Shown here: in pieces, positions 1 through 9,466 of the stretch
Numbering within the stretch: position 1 is the first letter of the stretch
How the letters are laid out: every line of letters starts with the position of its first letter
Assembly (NCBI GenBank): GCA_947630115.1
Contig: CANRGG010000008.1
Span: forward strand, 351-64,350
Direction: 5' to 3'
From: an uncultured Clostridia bacterium
GTDB lineage: Bacteria; Bacillota; Clostridia; Christensenellales; Borkfalkiaceae
Length of the DNA stretch: 64,000 nt
Made by a program: the position numbers and the translations under genes
The notes under the pieces: generated by a model
Told to the model about the DNA's origin: nothing
The model's database searches: none
The model's input: only the letters and a program-made list of their open reading frames with translations

Positions 1-1550
<1,550 letters not shown>

Positions 1551-1571
1551 AATGCTTGATTAAAATGCGGA

Positions 1572-1598
1572 GCGCCCCGGGCTTTCAGCCCGGGGCGC
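1572..1598. terminator. GC-rich hairpin between convergent clpB and the amidase gene
   Basis: GCGCCCCGGGC-tttca-GCCCGGGGCGC (11-bp stem). No clear U-tract on either strand. Confidence 0.5.
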
Positions 1599-1670
1599 GC
1601 CGCTTGCCGCTTGTCACGCTTGAAAACGGCTCAAAAACGACTTAAAAACGGCTTGGGGAAAGAAAATTCT

Positions 1671-2192
1671 TTACGATTTTTCCGAAGGAGTTTCGGAAGT
1701 TCTTCTTCTCGCGCCGAGGATGTGCAGCCCGCGCGTCACGGGGGCGCGATAGGACGAGAGCGTCCTCCCGAACGCGTCATAGGAGTGCGCGGCGACGAGG
1801 ATCTCGTTTCCGTCGAAGCCGACCACGACGGGGGAATGGTAAAAATCGCCCGTCTCTCTCCCGAGCTGGACGATGTCGCCGATCTCGAGCTGCGACAGGG
1901 GCGTCTCCTCCGCGAAGGGACCCTCGCCTTGGTTTGTCGTCAGAAAATTATAGAGATATTCCACGCCCGTCCAGCTTGCCGTCCGATCGTTTAAGGAGCG
2001 GTAAAACCAGCCGTAAACGGGGGTCAAATTGAAGATCTTCGTCCCGGCATAGACGACCTGCGAGGCGAAATTGGTGCAGTCCCCGCCGATGAGCGAAAAA
2101 TCGTAAAAGGCGGGATTGCGGCGGAACGCCCAGCGTCGCGCATAGGCAAGCGCCGCATTGCGGTCATAGGGGATCGTTTCAAATTCCGGCAT
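1671..2192 (-). CDS. Putative amidase-domain protein
   Basis: 173 aa. YDRNAALAYARRWA ... GGDCTNFASQVVYAG resembles the 'putative amidase domain' family (Cys in a GDCTNF context). ATG at 2192. Confidence 0.6.
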   Translation of the reverse strand: MPEFETIPYDRNAALAYARRWAFRRNPAFYDFSLIGGDCTNFASQVVYAGTKIFNLTPVYGWFYRSLNDRTASWTGVEYLYNFLTTNQGEGPFAEETPLSQLEIGDIVQLGRETGDFYHSPVVVGFDGNEILVAAHSYDAFGRTLSSYRAPVTRGLHILGARRRTSETPSEKS

Positions 2193-2233
2193 ACCGCATT
2201 CTATGCGGCGGCGCGCGGAAGGGTGATAAACGG

Positions 2234-2923
2234 GTGGGACAAAGCATAAAATACGGTGTGAAACGCTATCGCCGCCCGAAAAACAAATGGAAAAGGCGCA
2301 TTGCGGTCGCCCTTGCCCTGCTCTTTCTCGTTTCGATCGTCATTCTGGCGCACGTCAATATCACGCGCATTCTGATTTCGGTCGCCGAGGCCTCCATGCG
2401 TTCGATCACGACCGTCGCCGTCAACGATGCCGTCTATTACACCCTTTCCGACCACGTTCGCTATGAAGATCTCATCAAGATCACCCGGGACGCAGAGGGA
2501 AACATCACGGGCATTACGTCCAATTCCTTCGAGATCAACCGGATCGCGCGCGATACGGCATACATGTCCCAGCAAAATCTCACGAAAATGAGCGAGGCGG
2601 GCGTCAACGTGCCGCTCGGCGCCTTTTTCGGGATCGAGGCGTGGGCGGGGTTCGGTCCGAGCATCAATCTCAAGATCATTCCCATCTCCAACGTGGAATG
2701 CCGTTTCGCCTCCAATTTCACTCAGTCGGGGATCAACCAGACCAAGCACAGCATTTATCTTGAGATCGTCGCCGACATCTCCATCATCATGCCTTCGAGC
2801 ACCCGCAATTTCGCCTCGCTTACCGAAGTGCTCATCTGCGAGAGCGTTCTTGTCGGCAAAGTGCCCGAAACCTATCTGCAAGCCGATCTCTTCGGGGAGA
2901 GCTACAAACTTTCGCCCGACTGA
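2234..2923 (+). CDS. yunB: Sporulation protein YunB
   Basis: 229 aa with a GTG start. N-terminal TM anchor, then the YunB-type core (PLGAFFG, GPSINLKIIPISNV, QSGINQTKHSIYLEI, VGKVPETY). The 3' end overlaps the murG 3' end by 22 nt (convergent). Confidence 0.72.
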   Translation: MGQSIKYGVKRYRRPKNKWKRRIAVALALLFLVSIVILAHVNITRILISVAEASMRSITTVAVNDAVYYTLSDHVRYEDLIKITRDAEGNITGITSNSFEINRIARDTAYMSQQNLTKMSEAGVNVPLGAFFGIEAWAGFGPSINLKIIPISNVECRFASNFTQSGINQTKHSIYLEIVADISIIMPSSTRNFASLTEVLICESVLVGKVPETYLQADLFGESYKLSPD

Positions 2924-3966
2924 GCGGCGTCCGTCTCCCGCAAAAGCGATTTGATGAGCGAAAGGATCTCGGGCGTACCGCTAGCGATCCCGCAGGCGGA
3001 GAGCGAAAAACGCAGCATTTCGTCCTTTTCGAGCGCGTCGAGCGCAGAAGGAAGGGTGGAAAGCCCGCTTTCGCGCAGGATCCGGCAGAGTCCCCGCCGT
3101 TCGAAATAGAGGGCGTTTTGCAGCTGGTCGCCGCGGGAAGAGCGCTCGAGCGGGACAAACAGCGTGGGTTTTTTGAGGGCGATCGTCTCAAACACCGTGT
3201 TGCTGCCCGCGCGGCAGAGCACAAGATCGGCGGCGGCGTAGGCGCTGCCCATATCGCTCTCGAATTCCCGCTGGACATAGCCCTCGGGCGGGTCTTGAAG
3301 AAGATTTCCCTTGCCGCAAAGGTGCAGGATCCTTCGGCTTTTCAGAAGCTCGCCAAGATGTCCCCGCACGGCTTCATTGATCGCCCGGCTGCCGCTCCCG
3401 CCGCCGAGAACGAGCAGGACGGGCTTATCGTCCGGGAGAGAATATTTTTTTCGCGCACGCAGGCGGTCGCCGCGGAAGAGTTCCTTCCGCATGGGCGAGC
3501 CGACGCATTTCCCGTTTTCGAAGAGTTTTGCAGTCTCCGGGAAGGACGTCAAAACGTATTTGCAGCGCTTTGCGATCATCTTGGTACAGAGCCCGGGGGA
3601 GAAGTCGCTCTCATGCGTCAGAACGGGGATCTTCAGTTTCGCCGCGGCGCAGACGGCAGGATAGCTCGCAAAGCCGCCCTTGGAAAAGACAAGGTCGGGC
3701 TTTTCGCGGGAGAGGATCTCCAAAGCCGCTTTCTTCGCCGCGCCGAGCCGGAAGGGGATCTTGAGATTTTCCGGGCTCAGCGAACGGACGAGCTTGGGAC
3801 AGTCCACCTCGAAAAAGGGGATCCCGAGGTCCGAAACGAGCTTTTTTTCGATCCCGTCCGTCCCCATATAGGCGAGTTTACAGGTAAGTTTCAGTTCGCT
3901 CATGACGGCGAGGTTGGGAACGACGTGCCCCGCGCTCCCGCCGCCGCAAAAAAGGAGATACTTCAT
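2902..3966 (-). CDS. murG: UDP-N-acetylglucosamine--N-acetylmuramyl-(pentapeptide)-pyrophosphoryl-undecaprenol GlcNAc transferase MurG
   Basis: 354 aa from ATG 3966; the track ORF starts at an upstream TTG at 3981. N-terminal G-loop GGGSAGHVVPNLAV, LLVLGGGSGSRAIN, CRAGSNTVFE: GT28 fold. Confidence 0.9.
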   Translation of the reverse strand: MKYLLFCGGGSAGHVVPNLAVMSELKLTCKLAYMGTDGIEKKLVSDLGIPFFEVDCPKLVRSLSPENLKIPFRLGAAKKAALEILSREKPDLVFSKGGFASYPAVCAAAKLKIPVLTHESDFSPGLCTKMIAKRCKYVLTSFPETAKLFENGKCVGSPMRKELFRGDRLRARKKYSLPDDKPVLLVLGGGSGSRAINEAVRGHLGELLKSRRILHLCGKGNLLQDPPEGYVQREFESDMGSAYAAADLVLCRAGSNTVFETIALKKPTLFVPLERSSRGDQLQNALYFERRGLCRILRESGLSTLPSALDALEKDEMLRFSLSACGIASGTPEILSLIKSLLRETDAAQSGESL

Positions 3967-4071
3967 ACAAACACCCCGCAACAGTATATGCCGAAGGGTG
4001 TTTTTTTATTGAAACGCGCCGCCGTTCCCTCGTTTCAAGCGTTTATCTTGTTTTTAAGCGTCCGCCCTGTG

Positions 4072-5004
4072 TTAAGCCTCCGTTCGGTAGCTTTTCGCGA
4101 TGCGTTCGGCGGCGTTCCGCACCCGTTCGGCGAGCGGCTCCGGGGAGACGACCCGAAAGCCCGCCCCGGCGGAGAGGATCTTCCCGATGAGCGCCTCGTC
4201 GTCGGGAAGGGTCACCTCGGAAAAATATTTTTCGCCCTGTTTTTGTACGTTGTCGACGCCCAGCCATTCCTCGGCGAAGGGCAGCGCTTCGGGCGCGATC
4301 TCAAAGCGCGCAAAGACGGAATGCTCCTCGTCGTGCCAGAAGGTGAGGGGGACGTCCGCCTTGTCGAAGGGGATCCGCTCGAAAAATTCCCCCGTTTTGA
4401 GGAGAGTGCGCATTCTGCCGAGTTTGAAGAGCCGGAAACTTTCTCTCAGCGTGCAGAAGGCGTAGAGATACCAAATGTTCTGCTTGTAGACGAGAAGGTG
4501 GGGATAGATCCGTCTCTGGGTGCGCTCGCCTCCGCGAGAGAGATACTCGATGTCGAGCGCCTCCCGTTCCTCGATGGCCCGCTCCAAAAGAGAGAGTTTT
4601 TCGGAGAAACGGTGCTCGTCCCCCCAGGTGCCGCTGTCCACCAGAATGTCGCCCGAAAAGGTCAGATCGAGCTTTTCCGATTTCATCTGCGAAGTGAGTT
4701 TGGAAATAGCGGAGGTGAGCGCCGGGTCGGAGAACTGCTCGTTCATCGCGAGCATTGCCCCGACCGCCTTGCCGTATTCCTCCTTCGTGAAGAGCCCCTT
4801 GGGCAGTTTGAACGCGTCCGAGATGTAGATCCCGCCGTTTTGCCCGCGCGCAACGTCGATGGGAATGCCCGAGATCGTCATCTCGTCCACATATCGGTAG
4901 ATGGAACGTACCGAGACGTCGTACTTTGCCGCAAGCTCCCCGGCGCTCACCTTGCGCTTCTGGAGCAGAGTAAACAGGATCCCCGTCATGATCTGATATT
5001 TCAT
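4072..5004 (-). CDS. WYL-domain (YafY-family) transcriptional regulator
   Basis: 310 aa from ATG 5004, preceded by GGAGA; the track ORF begins at TTG 5019. N-terminal wHTH VSAGELAAKYDVSVRSIYRYVDEM, central WYL-like segment RIYPHLLVYKQNIWYLYAF, and a C-terminal extension. Confidence 0.8.
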   Translation of the reverse strand: MKYQIMTGILFTLLQKRKVSAGELAAKYDVSVRSIYRYVDEMTISGIPIDVARGQNGGIYISDAFKLPKGLFTKEEYGKAVGAMLAMNEQFSDPALTSAISKLTSQMKSEKLDLTFSGDILVDSGTWGDEHRFSEKLSLLERAIEEREALDIEYLSRGGERTQRRIYPHLLVYKQNIWYLYAFCTLRESFRLFKLGRMRTLLKTGEFFERIPFDKADVPLTFWHDEEHSVFARFEIAPEALPFAEEWLGVDNVQKQGEKYFSEVTLPDDEALIGKILSAGAGFRVVSPEPLAERVRNAAERIAKSYRTEA

Positions 5005-5095
5005 GCCTTTTTTCTCCAAGTTTTTACTTATTTCGCCGAAATTATTTTATCATACCTGACAATATATGTCAACTATCGTGGATATAATAAGCGGT

Positions 5096-5311
5096 ATGAG
5101 AGAGGCAATGTACAAGACGATCGTCATGCAGGCAAGGGCGCGGGAGCGGGAAAAGATCAACGCGCGGATCCTTGCGCTTTTGAAGGAGAGCCGCGGAAAA
5201 GGGTACGATTATCTGTTCGGGCGGATGGTCGGGCTCAACGTTTCCGAGCGGCCGAGCGGGCTCGATGTTTCCGAGCGGAAGTGCGAGAAAAGAGAGCTCA
5301 CCCTTTCATAA
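5096..5311 (+). CDS. Hypothetical small protein (71 aa, or 81 aa if ATG 5066 is used)
   Basis: GC-rich third codon positions like the neighbouring genes, but no motif recognised. TATAAT 5083-5088 lies 7 nt upstream of ATG 5096, so the mRNA may be leaderless. Contains an internal imperfect 27-nt tandem repeat (GL[ND]VSER twice). Confidence 0.3.
   Translation: MREAMYKTIVMQARAREREKINARILALLKESRGKGYDYLFGRMVGLNVSERPSGLDVSERKCEKRELTLS
5231..5278 (+). repeat. Imperfect tandem repeat, period 27 nt (GGGCTCRAYGTTTCCGAGCGG)
   Basis: GGGCTCAACGTTTCCGAGCGGccgagc followed by GGGCTCGATGTTTCCGAGCGG, inside the small ORF. Confidence 0.8.
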
Positions 5312-5336
5312 ACTTTTCAAAAAACCGCTTTGTTTG

Positions 5337-5365
5337 TTGACAAACTTTTTCCGGGCGTGTAAAAT
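5337..5365 (+). promoter_or_regulatory. Sigma-A promoter of tyrS
   Basis: TTGACA (5337-5342), 17-nt spacer, TAAAAT (5360-5365). Only a ~25-nt leader before the GGAGA RBS. Confidence 0.7.
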
Positions 5366-5395
5366 AGAAAAGGAAACCAAGCTTCGGAGAACACT

Positions 5396-6586
5396 ATGAA
5401 ACATGTCATGGACGCCCTGCGCGAGCGGGGATTTATCAAACAGACCGTTTACGAAAACGAGCTCTACGAGCTCCTCGGAAAGGAGAGCGTGCCTTTCTAC
5501 ATCGGATTTGACCCGACGGCGGACAGCCTGCATGTCGGGCACTTCATGCAACTTGTCGCGATGAAGCATATGCAGGACGCTGGGCACAAACCCATCATCC
5601 TCATCGGCGGAGGCACGGCGATGGTCGGCGATCCTTCGGGCAGGACGGATATGCGCGCCATGATGACGAAGGAGACGATCGCGCACAATGTCGAATGTTT
5701 CAAAAGACAGATGTCGCGCTTCATTCGTTTCGAAGGGGAGAATGCGGCGATCGTCGTCAACAACGCCGATTGGCTTTTGGAGCTCAACTATATCGACTTC
5801 CTGCGCGACGTCGGCGTGCATTTTTCGGTCAACAAAATGCTCACGGCGGAATGCTTCAAGACGCGCATGGAAAAGGGGCTCTCCTTTCTCGAATTCAACT
5901 ATATGCTCATGCAGGCCTACGATTTCCTCGTGCTCAACCGCAAATACGGCTGTCTGCTCGAACTCGGCGGCGACGATCAGTGGAGCAACATCCTCGCGGG
6001 GGCGGATCTCATCCGGCGAAAGGAGCAAAAGAGCGCCTTTGCGATGACCTTTACCCTTCTCACGACCAGCGAAGGCAAAAAGATGGGCAAGACCCAAAAG
6101 GGTGCCGTCTGGCTGGATCCGGATAAGACGAGCCCGTATGAATTTTATCAGTATTGGCGCAACACGGCGGATCCGGACGTCGAAAAATGCCTTCTTCTTC
6201 TCACTTTTTTGCCGGTCGGCGAGATCAAAGAGCTCTGCGCTCACCGTGACGAGCGGATCAACGCGGCAAAGGAGCGGCTCGCCTTCGAGCTTACGAAGAT
6301 GGTCCACGGGGAGGCGGAAGCCCAAAAAGCGCAGACGGAGGCCCGGGCGGCGTTCGGCGGCGAGGGAGAAATGCCCTCGCGCGAAATTTCAAGCGGGACA
6401 AGCACGCTCGTCGGCGTTCTCGTTGAGACGGGGCTCTGTAAGAGCAACGGCGAGGCGCGCCGGCTCATCGAACAGGGCGGCGTCACCGTCGGCGAGACGA
6501 AGGGAACGCTCGATCTTCCTCTTCCGCCGGGAGATTTCATTCTCCACAAGGGGAAGAAAGTTCATCTCAAAGTCGTGAGAAAATAA
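5396..6586 (+). CDS. tyrS: Tyrosine--tRNA ligase
   Basis: 396 aa. HIGH motif (SLHVGHF), KMSKS motif (KKMGKT) and a C-terminal S4-like domain. GGAGA RBS 6 nt upstream. Confidence 0.95.
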   Translation: MKHVMDALRERGFIKQTVYENELYELLGKESVPFYIGFDPTADSLHVGHFMQLVAMKHMQDAGHKPIILIGGGTAMVGDPSGRTDMRAMMTKETIAHNVECFKRQMSRFIRFEGENAAIVVNNADWLLELNYIDFLRDVGVHFSVNKMLTAECFKTRMEKGLSFLEFNYMLMQAYDFLVLNRKYGCLLELGGDDQWSNILAGADLIRRKEQKSAFAMTFTLLTTSEGKKMGKTQKGAVWLDPDKTSPYEFYQYWRNTADPDVEKCLLLLTFLPVGEIKELCAHRDERINAAKERLAFELTKMVHGEAEAQKAQTEARAAFGGEGEMPSREISSGTSTLVGVLVETGLCKSNGEARRLIEQGGVTVGETKGTLDLPLPPGDFILHKGKKVHLKVVRK

Positions 6587-6588
6587 AC

Positions 6589-7203
6589 ATGGAATACAAG
6601 AGCGCGGCGGGCGAGACGTTCACGGAAAAGACGATCGAAAAGAGCCGGTTCATAAGCTATATCTCTCATGTCGAAAGCGAGGAGGCGGCAAAAGCCTTTT
6701 TGTCCCGCCTGCGCGCCCTTCATCCGCTTGCAACGCACGTCTGCTACGGCTATATTGCCGACAAGATCGGGAATTTGCAGCGCTTCTCGGACGACGGGGA
6801 GCCGCAGGGCACGGCGGGACTTCCCATTCTCGGCGTGCTGAAGGCGCGGGGACTTTTCGAGACTGCGATCGGGATCGTCCGCTATTTCGGCGGGATCAAA
6901 CTCGGCGCGGGGGGACTTACGCGCGCCTATGCGGGCAGCGCGGCGGACGTATGCAATGCGGCGGAGATCAAAACCTATTCGACGGGCGTCGAGATCACCC
7001 TCGAAGTCGATTATCCGCTTGTGAACGCCGCGATGAAATTTCTCGAAGGGGAAACCATTTTGCAGCGCGGGTTCGGAAGCGCCGCTTCCTTCACTGTTTT
7101 GGTCCGCGAACAGGACGAAGCCGGATTTTACGTCCGCGCCCGCGAATTCTTGAACGGGAAAGTGCGATTTTCCCGCGGAAAGAGTGGGTTTTATCCGTTT
7201 TGA
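6589..7203 (+). CDS. YigZ family (IMPACT/UPF0029) protein
   Basis: 204 aa. KSRFISYI ... DDGEPQGTAGLPIL ... VRYFGGIKLGAGGLTRAY is the characteristic YigZ N-terminal domain. Starts 2 nt after the tyrS stop. Confidence 0.82.
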   Translation: MEYKSAAGETFTEKTIEKSRFISYISHVESEEAAKAFLSRLRALHPLATHVCYGYIADKIGNLQRFSDDGEPQGTAGLPILGVLKARGLFETAIGIVRYFGGIKLGAGGLTRAYAGSAADVCNAAEIKTYSTGVEITLEVDYPLVNAAMKFLEGETILQRGFGSAASFTVLVREQDEAGFYVRAREFLNGKVRFSRGKSGFYPF

Positions 7204-7208
7204 CCGGA

Positions 7209-7238
7209 AAGCCGAAAATTTTTCGGCTTTTTTCTTTT
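7209..7238 (+). terminator. Rho-independent terminator after the YigZ gene
   Basis: AAGCCGAAAA/TTTTCGGCTT hairpin followed by TTTTCTTTT. Confidence 0.75.
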
Positions 7239-7245
7239 CAAACGC

Positions 7246-7274
7246 TTGACAAGTATGCTTGGCAGTGATAAGAT
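7246..7274 (+). promoter_or_regulatory. Sigma-A promoter of the membrane-protein/XRE operon
   Basis: TTGACA (7246-7251), 17 nt, TAAGAT (7269-7274). Confidence 0.65.
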
Positions 7275-7277
7275 GAT

Positions 7278-7317
7278 ATTGCAAAGTTCACTTTGCAATA
7301 CTATGTCAGACATAGTA
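7278..7317 (+). promoter_or_regulatory. Two abutting perfect dyads (candidate operators)
   Basis: ATTGCAAAG-ttca-CTTTGCAAT (7278-7299) and TACTATGTC-a-GACATAGTA (7299-7317), directly downstream of the -10 box. Confidence 0.6.
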
Positions 7318-7341
7318 AGTTTACTTGGCAAGGAGAGCAAC

Positions 7342-7737
7342 ATGTCGGAAGAAATTGAGAAAAACGAAGATGAAACGGTTCAACGGGAGCCTCTCTCGCA
7401 AGAGGAGATTTTAGAGCGGAGCCGCAAGGAGAATGAAAAATACGGCGACGAGCGGCAGCAGAAAAAGTGGCAGCTTGTCTCCGTTTGCGGGTTTTCCGGC
7501 GCGCTTTTTGCGTCGATTGTACTTGAAATTCTCTTTATGGCGCTCGGATACGATTCGCACCTCGTTCAGGCGATCAACCTGATCCCCATCACGGCATGCG
7601 GGGCAATGGTCTGTTGCATGGCGTTCGTTTCCAAGCGGCTGAAGAAGGTGTTCATCTCTCTGGCGTGTATGGAGATCGCGGCTGTCTTGCTTGTTTGGGT
7701 GTTTTTTGTCTTGAACCTTGTGGGGATCGAAATCTGA
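7342..7737 (+). CDS. Small integral membrane protein (3-4 TM) partnered with an XRE regulator
   Basis: 131 aa from ATG 7342, with an AGGAGA RBS at 7331-7336. Acidic N-terminus, then hydrophobic helices. The track ORF start at 7246 is the TTG of the promoter -35 box. Confidence 0.55.
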   Translation: MSEEIEKNEDETVQREPLSQEEILERSRKENEKYGDERQQKKWQLVSVCGFSGALFASIVLEILFMALGYDSHLVQAINLIPITACGAMVCCMAFVSKRLKKVFISLACMEIAAVLLVWVFFVLNLVGIEI

Positions 7738-7943
7738 TGAACGAAGCGCTCATTCTTCACAACCGCCTCAAAGAGGCGCGCGCAAAAAAGGGGCTTTCGC
7801 AGGAGGATCTTGCCCGGCTCGTCGGCGTTTCGCGCAACACGATCAGCTCGATCGAGACCGAAAAATTTTGCCCGACCGCCAAACTTGCGCTCATTCTCTG
7901 CATTGCGCTCGGCGTCGATTTTTCCGAATTGTTCTATTTTTGA
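7737..7943 (+). CDS. XRE-family helix-turn-helix transcriptional regulator (68 aa)
   Basis: MNEALILHNRLKEARAKKGLSQEDLARLVGVSRNTISSIETEKFCPT is a canonical Cro/C1 HTH. The ATG overlaps the upstream stop (TGATG), implying translational coupling. Confidence 0.85.
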   Translation: MNEALILHNRLKEARAKKGLSQEDLARLVGVSRNTISSIETEKFCPTAKLALILCIALGVDFSELFYF

Positions 7944-7964
7944 GAAACGTTCGAGCGGAGACGG

Positions 7965-8762
7965 TCAGTGGCGGCTCTCCGTGTCCCGAAAACCGCGGTA
8001 TTGCGCTTTGGGCGGATTTTTTCCGACGAGGGTGATCGCCCGTTGGGGGCAGAGGTTGACGCAGCGGTAGCAGAGCACGCATTTTCCCGCGGGCACGATT
8101 TTGCCGCTCTCTTTTTTGAGGTTCCCGACCGGGCATTTTTGGGCGCAAAGCCCGCAGGAGACGCATTTTTTTGGGTCGATCGCAAGTTTTTTACGCTTTT
8201 CCGCCTCGTTTTTGCGGAAAAATTTGCGCTGGCAGAAATAGCCCACCGCATGGGAAAAGACCCCGAAGCCCCGCCGCGCGCATTTCCCCTCGAGAATGTT
8301 CTGGGCGAATTTGTCGGCACGCTTTTGGGCGCGAAGAAGGGTCTTTTCGAGCTCTTTCCCGTTCTTCACCGGAAAGATCGTGCTGTCCGCGAGATTGTTT
8401 GGCATATTGAAATGCTCCGCCGCGATCACCGCGCCGCCGCACTTTTCCACCGCTCGCCCGAGACTTGCCGCGCCGTCTCCCGAGAAAAAATACTGCGTTT
8501 CCGCGATCGCAATCCGCTTGCCCTTGAGCGATCCGCCGTACTTTGCGACGAATTCCCTCATCGGAATGGGCGGGGCGGAGCCGTAGATCGGAAAGGCGAG
8601 CAGAATCAGGTCTGCGCCCTCCAATTTTTTGGAAAGATCGCCCTTTTGGGTCACGTCGATCAGCTCCGACAGGTACTGCGCCGACAGTTTTTCGCAGATC
8701 CGCTTCACGATATATAAGGTATTTCCGGTGCCCGTAAAATAAAATGCCGCCAATTTCTTCAT
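7965..8762 (-). CDS. EFR1-type ferredoxin (flavodoxin-like domain fused to a 2x[4Fe-4S] domain)
   Basis: 265 aa from ATG 8762. N-terminal FYFTGTGNT flavodoxin-like loop. C-terminal CVSCGLCAQKCP and CVLCYRCVNLCP cluster motifs. Confidence 0.75.
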   Translation of the reverse strand: MKKLAAFYFTGTGNTLYIVKRICEKLSAQYLSELIDVTQKGDLSKKLEGADLILLAFPIYGSAPPIPMREFVAKYGGSLKGKRIAIAETQYFFSGDGAASLGRAVEKCGGAVIAAEHFNMPNNLADSTIFPVKNGKELEKTLLRAQKRADKFAQNILEGKCARRGFGVFSHAVGYFCQRKFFRKNEAEKRKKLAIDPKKCVSCGLCAQKCPVGNLKKESGKIVPAGKCVLCYRCVNLCPQRAITLVGKNPPKAQYRGFRDTESRH

Positions 8763-8851
8763 ATCTTTTATATATGCGCAAGGGGAGAGATCTGTTTCCG
8801 AAAAAAAGTTAGCAATGGCGAACTTTTTTTGCAAAAACCCACGAAAAACGG

Positions 8852-8880
8852 TTGACAAAGGGGAAAAGAGGTGATAAAAT
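8852..8880 (+). promoter_or_regulatory. Sigma-A promoter of feoA copy 1
   Basis: TTGACA (8852-8857), 17 nt, TAAAAT (8875-8880). Confidence 0.65.
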
Positions 8881-8924
8881 GTGTTCTGTCAAAGCGCGAT
8901 GGGCGCTTTTTTGCGGGGGAGCGA

Positions 8925-8940
8925 GTTCGCATAGACGAAC
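8925..8940 (+). promoter_or_regulatory. GTTCGCA-N4-CGAAC dyad (candidate operator, feoA1 leader)
   Basis: GTTCGCATAGACGAAC. It has the same outer half-sites as the dyad at 9451-9466. Confidence 0.45.
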
Positions 8941-8970
8941 CGGAAGATCTTCCGTTCGGAGAAGAGGGAT

Positions 8971-9183
8971 ATGCCTTTGGTTCTTGCGCCGGTCGGGGCG
9001 CAGATGAAGATCGTAAAGATCATTGCGGACGAAAAGACGAAGAAACATCTTGCCAATCTCGGCGTGATGGCGCAGTCGCAGATCACGGTGCTCTCATCCA
9101 GCGGCGGCAGCACCGTCTGTATCGTGAAAGACGGGCGGCTCGCGCTCGATCGGGACGTCGCCTCGCGGATCTTCGTCGCTTGA
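8971..9183 (+). CDS. feoA: FeoA-family protein (copy 1)
   Basis: 70 aa SH3-like FeoA pattern (MKIVKI...LANLGVMAQSQITVL...DGRLALDRDVASRIFV). GGAGAAGAGGG RBS. Confidence 0.8.
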   Translation: MPLVLAPVGAQMKIVKIIADEKTKKHLANLGVMAQSQITVLSSSGGSTVCIVKDGRLALDRDVASRIFVA

Positions 9184-9406
9184 ATTGTTAGAAGATTTCA
9201 AGACAAAAGCGGGGAAGTTCGGCGCAGAGGACGGCCGAATGAATGACCCATTCTTGAGAATTGTTCGGGCGGTGGAGATCGGGAAACCTTTATGAAAGCG
9301 GCTGAGAGGCTTAAAAGGCCTTTATATCCGGTTTATAAAATCCGGAGGCCTATATAGAATTTTTCAAATGAACTTTCCCTTCGGTTCGAAGGAAATGTGG
9401 GAAGCG

Positions 9407-9440
9407 ATGTAATTTCCCGCAAGGGGATTACATATTTTTT
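9407..9440 (+). terminator. Rho-independent terminator inside the feoA1-feoA2 spacer
   Basis: ATGTAATTTCCC-gcaa-GGGGATTACAT hairpin (GNRA loop) followed by ATTTTTT. Confidence 0.7.
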
Positions 9441-9450
9441 CGGCAACGCG

Positions 9451-9466
9451 GTTCGCAGCTGCGAAC
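9451..9466 (+). promoter_or_regulatory. Perfect 16-bp palindrome GTTCGCAGCTGCGAAC (candidate operator upstream of feoA2-feoB)
   Basis: Perfect dyad located 10 nt after a terminator and 55 nt upstream of ATG 9522. Confidence 0.5.

Noticed and set aside
5312-5395. A possible T-box leader upstream of tyrS.
   Set aside because: The consensus promoter leaves only a ~25-nt leader. There is no specifier hairpin, no T-box sequence and no terminator/antiterminator pair.
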